DNA from: Tequatrovirus BCH953P2 | Strand: one strand, 5' to 3' | DNA length: 64,000 nucleotides | Sequence record: OZ035785.1 | Shown here: one piece after another, positions 18,405-29,270 of the stretch | How positions within the stretch are numbered: position 1 is the first letter of the stretch | Layout: the number at the start of each line of letters is the position of its first letter | The notes under the pieces: generated by a model | Database searches by the model: none | What the model was told of the DNA's origin: nothing | What the model saw: only the letters and a program-made list of their open reading frames with translations | Made by a program: the position numbers and the translations under genes

Positions 18405-18636
18405 ATTTAATTAGTAATTTACAGACACTTTCATCTAGTGTAATTACCGTATCTGTATTACTGTGATATGATTGTTTTTCAATTCGTTTAATTGCTAATA
18501 TAGTATCACTTATAAGATAAAGCTTATGAAGGAGCTCAGCTCCTGTTACCATAACATTAAGATTATCTTGCTTATTAGTATGCTTCCTTATACCATCTAT
18601 TAGACGATTTAAATATTTTGAATTGATGTTAATCAT
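18376..18636 (-). CDS. Hypothetical protein (86 aa)
   Basis: Minus-strand ORF immediately downstream of dda. Confidence 0.5.
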   Translation of the reverse strand: MININSKYLNRLIDGIRKHTNKQDNLNVMVTGAELLHKLYLISDTILAIKRIEKQSYHSNTDTVITLDESVCKLLIKFEEAIRGNN

Positions 18637-18642
18637 ATAGCC

Positions 18643-19962
18643 TCACACATAAAACACATCATAACGACCACGGGTAACACCAACATAAAGAAGTTGTTGG
18701 GCCAATTCAGCATCTGCATAATGAATACAAGGCGTATAAATGAAAGCACGGTCTACAGACATACCCTGAGCTTTATGGAATGTTGATGCAGGAAGTGCTT
18801 TCACTTTACTAAACTGTGATTTAGCATCCCAAAAATCACTCCATGGAGCTTTTCCGCCTTTGTTCCAATTTTTATAAGTTTCTGCTGTTTTACCTAAAAA
18901 TAGATTAAACTTATATAACTCTTCATCAGATGAAATTATTTTAATCTTTTCACGATAATATTCATCATCGCCGTAAGTTTCTACTGTTAAATCCCAATGA
19001 CGAATTAGATATTCCCCAGGAACACCACGAGCTTTAACAAACGTTGATGTATACTCAGCTTCTATAATACGAACTAATTGTCCGTTATTAAAAATAATTT
19101 CTGATACAGGCTTTCCATCAATTTTATATGTTTTAATTAACGGTTCCTGCATTACAATAATTTCACCGACAATAAAATCTTTATCAGTTTCAAAAATCTT
19201 TTTACGAATAATGCTATTTAACTTGTCAACAGATTTATTCGTAAATGCCATTACGCGATTTTCAAACAAATCATCTAAAGATTTGACGATTGAAAAATAA
19301 TTTACCATAAAATCGCGTAAAGCGGTATCACCAGTAAATCCACGTACTCCATGCCCGTCAACAATTTTATCATAAATCCACTTACCGTTACGAACGTCAG
19401 TAGCTACATCAATAATAGGAGCATTACTGCGTTTAACTTCAGTAAGTTCACACTGATAAAAATCTTTGTGTGTAAAGAATGGACTGATATAAGCAGTATT
19501 TTCTCCTGGGTCAACAGGTCTAATTTGCTTATTATCGCCTATTCCAATTATAGTACACCATGGCGGGATAGTTGAAAGCAGAATTTTAAATAGCTTTCTA
19601 TCATACATTGACACTTCGTCGCAGATTAATACCCTGCATTTAGCTAAATCTGGTACTTCCTTCTGTTCAAAAAGAACGTTTTCTTCATACGTAACTGGGT
19701 TAATTTTAAGAATACTGTGAATAGTACTCGCTTCTTTCCCTGACAGTTTTGAAAGAATCTTTTTAGCTGCATGAGTAGGAGCTGCTAAAATAATACCAGT
19801 TTCACCCGTAGATATTAAAGCTTCAATGATGAACTTAGTAAGAGTAGTCTTACCAGTACCAGCAGGTCCATTAATAGTTACATGATGTTTCTTTTCTTTA
19901 ATAGCCCTCATAACGATGTTAAAGGCATTTTTCTGGCCTTCTGTCAAATCATCAAATGTCAT
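18643..19962 (-). CDS. dda: Dda DNA helicase (SF1)
   Basis: 439 aa (T4 Dda is 439 aa); Walker A GPAGTGKTT. Confidence 0.9.
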   Translation of the reverse strand: MTFDDLTEGQKNAFNIVMRAIKEKKHHVTINGPAGTGKTTLTKFIIEALISTGETGIILAAPTHAAKKILSKLSGKEASTIHSILKINPVTYEENVLFEQKEVPDLAKCRVLICDEVSMYDRKLFKILLSTIPPWCTIIGIGDNKQIRPVDPGENTAYISPFFTHKDFYQCELTEVKRSNAPIIDVATDVRNGKWIYDKIVDGHGVRGFTGDTALRDFMVNYFSIVKSLDDLFENRVMAFTNKSVDKLNSIIRKKIFETDKDFIVGEIIVMQEPLIKTYKIDGKPVSEIIFNNGQLVRIIEAEYTSTFVKARGVPGEYLIRHWDLTVETYGDDEYYREKIKIISSDEELYKFNLFLGKTAETYKNWNKGGKAPWSDFWDAKSQFSKVKALPASTFHKAQGMSVDRAFIYTPCIHYADAELAQQLLYVGVTRGRYDVFYV

Positions 19963-20270
19963 CGGAAAGTCCCTGCAATTGGAATACTAACAATACGCCC
20001 AGTATCTAGAATTCGTTGATATAATCTTTGTGTATCTACATCAGGCTTAACATGTTTAACTTCTATTTTATTAAACCAAAACTTGCGTGGAGTCTCAACT
20101 AGTCTTGGAATTCCCATACCTAAAGCTAGTTTATATTGATCTTTGAGAGTAGTAAATACTTTATCAGCAATCTCCCTTTCAAAAAATACAGCAGGACGAT
20201 GTTCATCAAGCGGAACTGGCGCAGTAAATCCGTCTTTGTCTCGGTAAACTATCGCATATACATAAACCAT
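19959..20270 (-). CDS. Hypothetical protein (103 aa)
   Basis: 4-nt overlap with dda start. Confidence 0.6.
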   Translation of the reverse strand: MVYVYAIVYRDKDGFTAPVPLDEHRPAVFFEREIADKVFTTLKDQYKLALGMGIPRLVETPRKFWFNKIEVKHVKPDVDTQRLYQRILDTGRIVSIPIAGTFR

Positions 20271-20271
20271 A

Positions 20272-21018
20272 TTATCCTCGGATAAGTTTAAAAATTGAAC
20301 AATTTAGCGGGTATCCTCTTTTCAGTTTAAGTTTATCAATAAAAGACAAGTTTTGATACCGCTCTACACCTTGAATAATTTTATCACACATATCATATTG
20401 CATTTCTGCTTCTGACAACTTTTTCACAATTTTCCAATCCGAGCCTTTAAGAAGAACGTTCAGTTTAACAACTTCAGCACCTTCTGCTATACGAGAACCA
20501 TCAATACGAGCTTTAAGTGCTATAATTCTTAGCTTAATGTCAGAGGTCTGTTTTGATTTAGAAAGCTGAGAAATGTGTTCAATTCGGTTTTCACGTTTTT
20601 TCTGTATAGCTTTAATTTGATTATAAGTCTTTTTGATTTTAGCCCATTTCTTTTCATCTAAATTTAGTTTATGAACTTTTTTCGCAGATGAACGACCAAT
20701 TCGCAAAGCAAATAAATCACGCTTTTCAATCAACTCCTCTAAAGTATAATCAGAACGAAATGTATTATACTTTTTCTTTACTGCAATAACATTCCCTTTA
20801 ATGTATCCAACGTTATTATCAAAACGTTCTAATGATAATTTCTCTCCTTCAATACGATTATCAAAAGGTTCTCCCGAGTAAGCACAAACTTTTTGATCTA
20901 AAATGTTCTTAATGTAATTGAAGTCTAAGTTAAAATCTTTAGAACGTCTTTTTGCAGATGCCTGAGTATGCTCTAAACGACGTTTAATTTTACGAATTTG
21001 ATTATTAGACAGTTTCAT
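20272..21018 (-). CDS. srd: Srd-like protein (248 aa)
   Basis: Very basic, size and position match T4 srd between dda and modA; identity from position only. Confidence 0.5.
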   Translation of the reverse strand: MKLSNNQIRKIKRRLEHTQASAKRRSKDFNLDFNYIKNILDQKVCAYSGEPFDNRIEGEKLSLERFDNNVGYIKGNVIAVKKKYNTFRSDYTLEELIEKRDLFALRIGRSSAKKVHKLNLDEKKWAKIKKTYNQIKAIQKKRENRIEHISQLSKSKQTSDIKLRIIALKARIDGSRIAEGAEVVKLNVLLKGSDWKIVKKLSEAEMQYDMCDKIIQGVERYQNLSFIDKLKLKRGYPLNCSIFKLIRG

Positions 21019-21050
21019 ATTTTTCTCACATCTTACGGACGGTTAACTAC

Positions 21051-21084
21051 TTATACTATAACATTTTTACTTCAGGTTGTAAAC
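21051..21084 (-). promoter_or_regulatory. T4 early promoter upstream of srd
   Basis: GTTTAC ... TGTTATAGTATAAG on minus strand. Confidence 0.55.
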
Positions 21085-21093
21085 AACTTTATG

Positions 21094-21123
21094 AAAAATG
21101 CTTTAAAAATTTCATGGTATAAT
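21094..21123 (+). promoter_or_regulatory. Plus-strand MotA-box (TGCTTTA) plus extended -10 (TGGTATAAT) promoter, divergent from srd promoter and antisense to modA
   Basis: aaTGCTTTA, 12-bp spacer, TATAAT preceded by TGG, all on the plus strand. Confidence 0.45.
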
Positions 21124-21140
21124 GAATCTAAGTCCTTCCA

Positions 21141-21743
21141 TTATAGATTAAATCCTTCAAAATCAAGAGTATAGATAGTGTATGTTGAATACTTTTTATA
21201 CTCATATCTATCTGCAATTCTAAATACGCTTCCAGCTGGTATCATTACTTCTTGTTCATCTGAAACTAATTCCATATTACGATAACGATGGCTATCCGGA
21301 AACTTAAAGTTTGGATTGTATTCTTTACAGCGTAGAGCTTTTATAGCATACTCCTGGAAATTGAATACCATAGGAGCTTTGAATTCAAAAATAACTTGTG
21401 TGTTATACTCTAAACCAGAAGCAAAATGTAGAGCTATATTTTTATCATATGAAGCTGATACGACTTTATCAAATGTAATAATATCAATTCCTTGATTTAA
21501 CACCCGCTTAGTCTCAGCTGGAACACCTCTCCAAAGAGGTTTATCGTTTGAAACCAAACGAGATTTGATTATTTCATTTAACCAAGTATGGTCATCTGGC
21601 TTATTAGTAATACAATGAATTAAAAGTTCAATTTCAGATAAATTAAACCCTTCAGAAAGTAATTCTTCACGAATAGAAGCACGCACCGATGCATCCATTG
21701 ATTTTATTTTAAAATCTTTTAGTTGCATTACTGAGTATTTCAT
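21141..21743 (-). CDS. modA: ModA ADP-ribosyltransferase
   Basis: 200 aa (T4 ModA is 200 aa); adjacent 207-aa paralogue; position after srd. Confidence 0.65.
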   Translation of the reverse strand: MKYSVMQLKDFKIKSMDASVRASIREELLSEGFNLSEIELLIHCITNKPDDHTWLNEIIKSRLVSNDKPLWRGVPAETKRVLNQGIDIITFDKVVSASYDKNIALHFASGLEYNTQVIFEFKAPMVFNFQEYAIKALRCKEYNPNFKFPDSHRYRNMELVSDEQEVMIPAGSVFRIADRYEYKKYSTYTIYTLDFEGFNL

Positions 21744-22363
21744 TCAACTACCTCAATATCATACACTTTAAATGTTCCAAATGAATCGTGTAATTTTTCT
21801 TTTGAAATAGAAGTTATTCTATACTTTCCAATTGGAATCATCCATTCTTGTTCACGCACAATCATCATTAAGTTATCAGTACGCTCTGAATCTAGCCCAT
21901 CAGTATCTTCATACGTATACTTAAACTCAGTATTAGGAGAAGAAAGTATAATATCGCTGATATGGTCAGAATAATTAAAAGCTTTATCAGTTTTTAAGCG
22001 AAATATTATTTCAGTGAAATACTCAACATAAGAAAAACCACATGCTGTGTGCAAACTAGTAGTAAATGAATCTACCCTGTTCGTTGAAAACACTTCTCCA
22101 ACTTGTAAATCTTTAATGAGTTCTTTTGTCGATTTTGATATACCACGATATAACTGATAAGGAGATTTAGTTAAATGCTTTTTAATGATTTTATTCAACT
22201 GCCTATGAAGAGCTTCATTCTTTTTGGCTTCCATACATTGCCAAAGAACTGACTGCTCAAAGTCAGTAAATTTTTCACAGACCTTTTTATACATATCATA
22301 TTGAAAATCGACGCTTTCAGCTTTTATAGATAACTGTTCAACATCTGCAAGATTAATAATCAT
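21740..22363 (-). CDS. modB: ModB ADP-ribosyltransferase
   Basis: 207 aa (T4 ModB is 207 aa); 4-nt overlap with modA. Confidence 0.65.
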   Translation of the reverse strand: MIINLADVEQLSIKAESVDFQYDMYKKVCEKFTDFEQSVLWQCMEAKKNEALHRQLNKIIKKHLTKSPYQLYRGISKSTKELIKDLQVGEVFSTNRVDSFTTSLHTACGFSYVEYFTEIIFRLKTDKAFNYSDHISDIILSSPNTEFKYTYEDTDGLDSERTDNLMMIVREQEWMIPIGKYRITSISKEKLHDSFGTFKVYDIEVVE

Positions 22364-22385
22364 GATAGCCTCCGTATACTTCAGA

Positions 22386-22419
22386 AGCTATCATATCATC
22401 GTTAGAAAGGAAAGTAAAC
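22386..22419 (-). promoter_or_regulatory. T4 early promoter upstream of modB
   Basis: GTTTAC on minus strand with A/T-rich -10. Confidence 0.5.
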
Positions 22420-22430
22420 AACTTTTTGAA

Positions 22431-22613
22431 TTATTTTGCCCAGGGAGCCCAGGGCGGAGGGTCAAGATGGTATGAAGCTAGTTCTTCTAGAAGAGCATCT
22501 GGGGCTTCAATTCCATAATTCTGTAATACTATACGGTACTCTTTCTTATAATCACTAGAATCATTCTGGTTATTCGTAGAATGATTGTCTTCTAACATCT
22601 CAAATAAATCCAT
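22431..22613 (-). CDS. Hypothetical protein (60 aa)
   Basis: Acidic small ORF. Confidence 0.45.
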   Translation of the reverse strand: MDLFEMLEDNHSTNNQNDSSDYKKEYRIVLQNYGIEAPDALLEELASYHLDPPPWAPWAK

Positions 22614-22621
22614 ATTAATTC

Positions 22622-23092
22622 CTAGCGATAAAAACCAAAATGACGATTAGCTTCAATAATCTTTCTTTCTTCTTCGGACATTCTCCATCGTAGTCCAACA
22701 TCAAAATGAGCCCAGACCATCTTAACAAATGCGTGTATGTCTTTAATATCTTCAATAATGAATGTTTTACTTTTCGAAGATTGACTCGCTAATTTAACTT
22801 TATCATCTTCAAACAGGTCAAAAAGACCATATTCATGAGCTCTTTTATAGCCTTTAATAGTTAAAGCTTCAGAAGAAGAAAACGGTGAATCAGTATTCTG
22901 CAAAATATCTTCAGTATGCTTTATAATTAGAATAACATTTTCTGGATATTTTCTTTCTTTTATATCTTTAATTAAAATATCCGGATTTTCTGCTAAAGGA
23001 ATAATTAATGAGCAATTTTTATCAAGCGTATTTACTGATTTACCTTCTTTAGACATAAATTCTATTGAATAATGTTTTGCTACTTCAATCAT
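22622..23092 (-). CDS. Hypothetical protein (156 aa)
   Basis: Minus-strand ORF. Confidence 0.6.
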
Positions 23093-23249
23093 GTGATTTC
23101 CTTTTGCCTACTAATGGACCGTCAGGAATTTTGTTTTCCTGGATATATTTCTCATTTTCTTCCATCATTTTACTGCCAATTTTAAGAAGCAAATCCATTG
23201 CTTCATTTGCTTTTGCTTTAGCCTCTTCCAATGTCATATCTTTGTTCAT
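23085..23249 (-). CDS. Small hypothetical protein (54 aa)
   Basis: [25 protein letters not shown]...; ATGA overlap with upstream gene; below cutoff. Confidence 0.45.
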
Positions 23250-23449
23250 GATTTATCACCATAGATGTCTCTCATCAATTTAAGCGCTGAGCGTTCTAAT
23301 TTCTTTTCTTTCTCAGCACTAATCATTGATTTCATCCATTCTTCTGATTCGTTCTGCATTTCTTTATTTGCCTGTTCAACCCAACCATCATCAATATACA
23401 TTGAGTTTGGTCTATTGAACCATTCAAGAATCTTCTTCAGAACTTTCAT
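23246..23449 (-). CDS. Hypothetical protein (67 aa)
   Basis: Minus-strand ORF. Confidence 0.5.
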
Positions 23450-23909
23450 TTGTTTTACCTAAAACAATAGTAGGAGCATCGTCAAATTCATGAATTTTTA
23501 GCAAATTTGGATTTAAATTATTCCATAAAGAGGTAATAAAATATGATAAAGCATCTTCGTCCACAATTATAAACTTATTTCCTTTATCTATTTCCCAACT
23601 ATATGCTGAATCATATGAATAAAAAGATAAAGGTTTATCATTATATTTTTCTGTGTTAACATTAATGTATTCTGATTTAGTAAATGCTTCAATTGCTCTA
23701 AATGGAATATTTTGTACAGTTTCAATAATACCAATCTTTTTAAGTTTTATTTCAGCATCTTCTGGAACTGGCATTGAAACGAAATTTTTTACGAGATACA
23801 TTGGGTCACAATAACCCTTATCAATCATTACAGCTACAGTAATTGGAACATCTTTAGCAAACGACATGCTATTACTGCTAATATACATTTCAAACAAAAT
23901 CGCTTCCAT
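23424..23909 (-). CDS. Hypothetical protein (161 aa from MEAILFE...); size and position of T4 mrh
   Basis: Trimmed start gives 161 aa, equal to T4 Mrh; identity not verified. Confidence 0.5.
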   Translation of the reverse strand: MEAILFEMYISSNSMSFAKDVPITVAVMIDKGYCDPMYLVKNFVSMPVPEDAEIKLKKIGIIETVQNIPFRAIEAFTKSEYINVNTEKYNDKPLSFYSYDSAYSWEIDKGNKFIIVDEDALSYFITSLWNNLNPNLLKIHEFDDAPTIVLGKTNESSEEDS

Positions 23910-23917
23910 AATTTTCC

Positions 23918-24259
23918 TCAATCACAAGATGTGGATGAACAACTAGAATCACAAGAACTTCCACATGAATCGCCCGTCCATACATGAACAGGAACATTAG
24001 TATCATATGAATCAGAACTAGACTGTGCATTCTGTGCATTAGATGATGTAGTAGGTACTGACCAACGCCAAGGATTTTTATAATATTCTTGGGCTTCTTC
24101 ATAAGTCATAGTGACTGCTTCTACTGTTCCATCTCCCATATAAACATACTCAACTACAGTTAAAGGAAGGTCGTCATTTGAAATAGGAACTACACCTTCC
24201 CCAGGAACTGTAGAGAAAAAATCCGTAAAGAAATTTTTAAACCAATTAAAGATAAACAT
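23918..24259 (-). CDS. Hypothetical protein (113 aa) with Cys/Ser-rich C-terminal tail
   Basis: C-terminus [20 protein letters not shown]. Confidence 0.55.
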   Translation of the reverse strand: MFIFNWFKNFFTDFFSTVPGEGVVPISNDDLPLTVVEYVYMGDGTVEAVTMTYEEAQEYYKNPWRWSVPTTSSNAQNAQSSSDSYDTNVPVHVWTGDSCGSSCDSSCSSTSCD

Positions 24260-24465
24260 TACAAAAAGCCTCTTTTGAATTCAACTTGCTTCTCGCCATA
24301 ATCGTATCGAATCTCTGCATTAAATTCAACAGAACCATCTGCGTACATCATAAATGAATGCACAACAACTTCTGTAGACCATGGTTGCAATTCATATTTC
24401 TTCATTACGTGTCGTGAAATGATAATATCTAAATCTTCATTCGGTTTAATCCAACGATTTAACAT
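24259..24465 (-). CDS. Hypothetical protein (68 aa)
   Basis: Early promoter and RBS GAGGAG upstream. Confidence 0.55.
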   Translation of the reverse strand: MLNRWIKPNEDLDIIISRHVMKKYELQPWSTEVVVHSFMMYADGSVEFNAEIRYDYGEKQVEFKRGFL

Positions 24466-24490
24466 AGCGCTCTCCTCTATAAGATAATTC

Positions 24491-24521
24491 TATTATACCA
24501 TACTCATTTTGATATGTAAAC
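24491..24521 (-). promoter_or_regulatory. T4 early promoter
   Basis: GTTTAC ... TATGGTATAATAG on minus strand. Confidence 0.6.
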
Positions 24522-24530
24522 CATTTAAAT

Positions 24531-24557
24531 GAAAAAAGGACTCCCGAAGGAGTCCTT
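24531..24557 (-). terminator. Rho-independent terminator downstream of soc
   Basis: AAGGACTCC-TTCG-GGAGTCCTT followed on minus strand by TTTTTTC. Confidence 0.65.
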
Positions 24558-24563
24558 GAATTA

Positions 24564-24809
24564 TTAACCACCAGTTACTTTCCACAAATCTTCGTTTGCA
24601 GCAATCCATTCAGTACGCTGATTTTCTTCATATACAGTAGTATATGCTGCTTTTTCTGAAGGGAACGTCTGGTAATGAGCACCAGAAATTTTGTGAACGT
24701 CAGAATAAAGAGGGAAAGCTACAGAAATTTCCTTTCCTTCAATTTTCTTATTTCCATCTAATTTCTGCTCAAATGTTTTAATATTAACATAACCGCGAGT
24801 ACTAGCCAT
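24564..24809 (-). CDS. soc: Soc small outer capsid protein
   Basis: 81 aa; MASTRGYVNIKTFEQKLDGNKKIEGKEISVAFPLYSDVHK... matches recollection of T4 Soc; late-type TATAAATA on minus strand at 24840-24847. Confidence 0.85.
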   Translation of the reverse strand: MASTRGYVNIKTFEQKLDGNKKIEGKEISVAFPLYSDVHKISGAHYQTFPSEKAAYTTVYEENQRTEWIAANEDLWKVTGG

Positions 24810-24842
24810 GTAATTCTCCTTTTATTTAAATTACATGATTAT

Positions 24843-25517
24843 TTATACATCTTCTTTTCTGAATAAGTAAATTAAATTCTTAAGAGCTGAACTTGTTACA
24901 TCATATTTTCCTTTAAGCGCCTTTACAACCGGGCCTGTTGCTGGTTTACCTAAAGAAACCCATAACTCATGTATTTCGCTTTTAAGCGGTTCATGCCAAT
25001 GCGGCGCTTTTCTTTGCGCCCTTGAAGTTCCTTCTGAAATCTTTTTATTTCCGCCATTCGAATAAAACTTTTTCATTACTTCAGATTGCCGAGCTTTTCG
25101 TTCTGCTCTATTTTGGGCTATACGTTGTGAATTCTTCATCCGAGTTTTTGTTTCAGGATTGTTTAATCTAAGTTTATGTTCTAATCGTTGTTGCTCAGTC
25201 CATTTTCTTCCTTCTCCACCCTGACCACCAGGAGAAATATTAATGCAAGTATCTGGGTGTTTACGTTTTAATGCAGATATTAGCTCGCGTTCAACTTCAT
25301 ATGATTTTTCTCTAGAACCATGGCATTTTGACCAACGTATTTTATAATTAAAACCATACTTACGATATATGTTCCATAGTATTTTGCCTGACCCCGGATA
25401 TTTATCATCATATGGATTTACAATAAATGATTCATGTTTCCCAGCGTACCAAAAGACGCCTTTCGGCGTCCTAACTTTTACGATATATGTTCTATAAAAT
25501 TTTTGTTTAATACCCAT
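24843..25517 (-). CDS. segF: SegF-like GIY-YIG homing endonuclease
   Basis: 224 aa from MGIKQKFYRTYIV...WYAGKH (GIY...YIG-like); position between soc and 56 as T4 segF; overlaps gene 56 end. Confidence 0.6.
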   Translation of the reverse strand: MGIKQKFYRTYIVKVRTPKGVFWYAGKHESFIVNPYDDKYPGSGKILWNIYRKYGFNYKIRWSKCHGSREKSYEVERELISALKRKHPDTCINISPGGQGGEGRKWTEQQRLEHKLRLNNPETKTRMKNSQRIAQNRAERKARQSEVMKKFYSNGGNKKISEGTSRAQRKAPHWHEPLKSEIHELWVSLGKPATGPVVKALKGKYDVTSSALKNLIYLFRKEDV

Positions 25518-26022
25518 TATCTTGACGTTCAAAATTATGTTTATTTTTCAAATAATAAAGTTTAAAGATTTCTTCCGCATTCATTCCAAGGCCAGCAAAC
25601 ATATTTAATACGAAATGAAATATATCCACAAGCTCAAATTTAATTTCGAGCTGATCTTCTGGGGACATTTCATCAATGCGTTTTTCTTGCGCTTCAATAT
25701 AACGTGCTTTCCATTTTTTCCAAACTGCCGATGCATCTTTTTCACCACGTGACATTTCACCAAGAGAAGTCAGAAGTTCGCGGAATTCATCATCAATACA
25801 GTCTTTTTGTTCACGCATCCAAGAAACAACATCACCGGCAGTTTCTAATTTATCTGGATGATAACAGTATTCGCGGTCATTTGCTAAACGAATCTGCAGA
25901 GACTTCTGCATGTCAAGCATTACCTGCAGCGGGTCTTTTTCATCACCGAGAATATCCCAGTATTCATTTTGAGCTTTATCAGCGCCTTCGATCAGTTGAC
26001 TACATTCGTTGAAATATGCCAT
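25507..26022 (-). CDS. 56: gp56 dCTPase/dUTPase (dCTP pyrophosphatase)
   Basis: 171 aa from MAYFNECSQ... (T4 gp56 is 171 aa); MazG-like. Confidence 0.8.
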   Translation of the reverse strand: MAYFNECSQLIEGADKAQNEYWDILGDEKDPLQVMLDMQKSLQIRLANDREYCYHPDKLETAGDVVSWMREQKDCIDDEFRELLTSLGEMSRGEKDASAVWKKWKARYIEAQEKRIDEMSPEDQLEIKFELVDIFHFVLNMFAGLGMNAEEIFKLYYLKNKHNFERQDNGY

Positions 26023-26082
26023 TATTTTTCCTTTCAATTCATTAATAAGTTAAATAATTATATCATTTGAATATGTAAGCAA

Positions 26083-27422
<1,340 letters not shown>

Positions 27423-27445
27423 TATATCATCCTCAGCAATTTATT

Positions 27446-27477
27446 TTATAATACCATAACACGCTGAGAAAGTAAAC
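27446..27477 (-). promoter_or_regulatory. T4 early promoter
   Basis: GTTTAC ... TGTTATGGTATTATAA on minus strand. Confidence 0.6.
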
Positions 27478-27521
27478 AAATTTATGAAATTTGTGATAAA
27501 TATTAATTTAAAGGAGGACAT

Positions 27522-27722
27522 ATGGTACAAAAATTAATGGCACTTGTTAATGCCATCAAAGGTAATAAAAAGCGTATAGCTTTTACTATTTCTGCTATGG
27601 TAGGAATTTTACTCTGGAACTTTATTTTATCACCTGTTGCAATTGCGCACGGTGTTAATATTCCAATAGTTACTCTTGATACATTCGTAGATTTAGCATT
27701 TGCTTTAGTTGGGTTAATTTAA
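27522..27722 (+). CDS. Small plus-strand membrane protein (66 aa)
   Basis: Strong RBS AAGGAGG 5 nt before ATG; late-promoter-like GATAAATA at 27495-27502; two hydrophobic segments; stop overlaps gene 61 stop. Confidence 0.6.
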   Translation: MVQKLMALVNAIKGNKKRIAFTISAMVGILLWNFILSPVAIAHGVNIPIVTLDTFVDLAFALVGLI

Positions 27723-28747
27723 ATCTTAGCATATTTAGATAGCCGCATTTTAGCCATTAACCCCTGGGCAATATTATTTTTCATATATTCCATAATTTGT
27801 TCAGGGGTTGCACCTTCCTTTTTAATCATATCATTAACATCTTTTGATTTCCAGGGAGATTTATCCCAAAACATAACCCTTTCTCCTGCATCAACTAATT
27901 TAGTCATTCGTTTGATAGTGTCAGGGTGACGAGGTTCATTATCTAAGACCCACACTCGTCTATCTTTAAATGGAACAATTTCTAGGTCTAATTGACCACC
28001 CGTAATAGCTATACCATTTTCAATAAAAAGTGAATCTATAGGTCCTTCTAGAACATATACATCACCATCTTTAACTCGTTCGACTCCATAGATTTTTGTT
28101 GCCTCAGGATAAGCTTTGATGGTGATATATTTTTGAGGAGCATCTTTCTTTAATGCACGTCCTTGAAAAGACTCAGCTTTTCCATTAGCATTATAAATTG
28201 GAATAACAAGACGAGGCTCAGGTATTTCCTTTTTATATGTTCCCGGTGCTATGCTATTAACCAATTTAGGCCATTCGGTTGTAAACCAAAGATATTTCCA
28301 TTTATCCTTTGGAATACAACGAGCTTTTACGTATTTTATAATTGGATGGTCTTCCGCCAGTTTATCTAATCTAACACATGACGGAAGAGATTTAATTATT
28401 TTCTTCTCAGGTTGTTTAGGAAGTTCTTTAGGTTTTTCTACTGGACGACTTTTACCTTTTTCTTTTCTTATTTCAAAGATATACTCACGATATAAATCAG
28501 GTTCAAACTCCTTTAAATATATTCCGATTGGTGCATGATAGTTACAGTTATAACAATGAATATTTCCTTCATTATTATCACCATAATACCATCCACGGGC
28601 TTTATTCTGGTCGGTTTTTGAATCTCCACAAACTGGGCATCTAAACCGTAATTTAAAAGTTGAACTATTATTTACTTGTGTGAATTTAGGTAAATGAGCT
28701 AATGCACGGTATGCAAACTCATTATCAATCCAAGGTATTGATGACAT
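27719..28747 (-). CDS. 61: gp61 DNA primase
   Basis: 342 aa (T4 gp61 is 342 aa); zinc ribbon CPVCGD...CYNC; Toprim region. Confidence 0.9.
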   Translation of the reverse strand: MSSIPWIDNEFAYRALAHLPKFTQVNNSSTFKLRFRCPVCGDSKTDQNKARGWYYGDNNEGNIHCYNCNYHAPIGIYLKEFEPDLYREYIFEIRKEKGKSRPVEKPKELPKQPEKKIIKSLPSCVRLDKLAEDHPIIKYVKARCIPKDKWKYLWFTTEWPKLVNSIAPGTYKKEIPEPRLVIPIYNANGKAESFQGRALKKDAPQKYITIKAYPEATKIYGVERVKDGDVYVLEGPIDSLFIENGIAITGGQLDLEIVPFKDRRVWVLDNEPRHPDTIKRMTKLVDAGERVMFWDKSPWKSKDVNDMIKKEGATPEQIMEYMKNNIAQGLMAKMRLSKYAKI

Positions 28748-28749
28748 TT

Positions 28750-28914
28750 TTACTCTTCTTTTTCTTTAGATTCCTCTTTTTTCTTTTTAGGAATCTGTTC
28801 AGGACCTTTATTTACTACAGCGCCTGACGTTGTTCCAGTAGAGATATTTTCAGGACTACCACCTGAATCTCCAGCGACCATATCTTCTTTGATAAATTCT
28901 TTATATGTTTTCAT
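28750..28914 (-). CDS. Small hypothetical protein (54 aa)
   Basis: MKTYKEFIKEDMVAGDSGGSPENISTG...; start lies in a duplicated junction sequence. Confidence 0.5.
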   Translation of the reverse strand: MKTYKEFIKEDMVAGDSGGSPENISTGTTSGAVVNKGPEQIPKKKKEESKEKEE

Positions 28915-28915
28915 A

Positions 28916-29269
28916 TTAACCTCTATTCATAAAAGCATTAAAAATTTGGTCATCAATAGATGGTGCAGTAATATTTTCTGCATCATTTAGCAAATCATTA
29001 ATTTCATCAGATAGCATAACACGTGTACCTTTATTTCCTGTAATTGTTACTGCGCAATTACGAACGTTTTCTTTATTAAATTTTAGGTTAATATTTTCGT
29101 AATGAAAATCCTTTAATGCTGAATATATTTTTAAAATAAAATTATCTTTTACTACAATAAACCCAACCTCACTATTAAAACGTGGTTCATGGAAACTGTA
29201 ATAAACCTTTTCATCTATAAAATCGTATGATTTTTTCCATTTTTAAATATGAAAATTCAAACTATACAT
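28916..29269 (-). pseudogene. Decayed partial paralogue of the downstream 210-aa gene (in-frame TAA after 8 codons)
   Basis: Reads MYSLNFHI*KWKKSYDFIDEKVYYSFHEPRFNSEVGFIVVKDN...IDDQIFNAFMNRG; C-terminus nearly identical to ...IDDQIFNAFMNKG of 29271..29903; flanked by ~50-bp direct repeats. Confidence 0.55.
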
Positions 29270-29270
29270 A

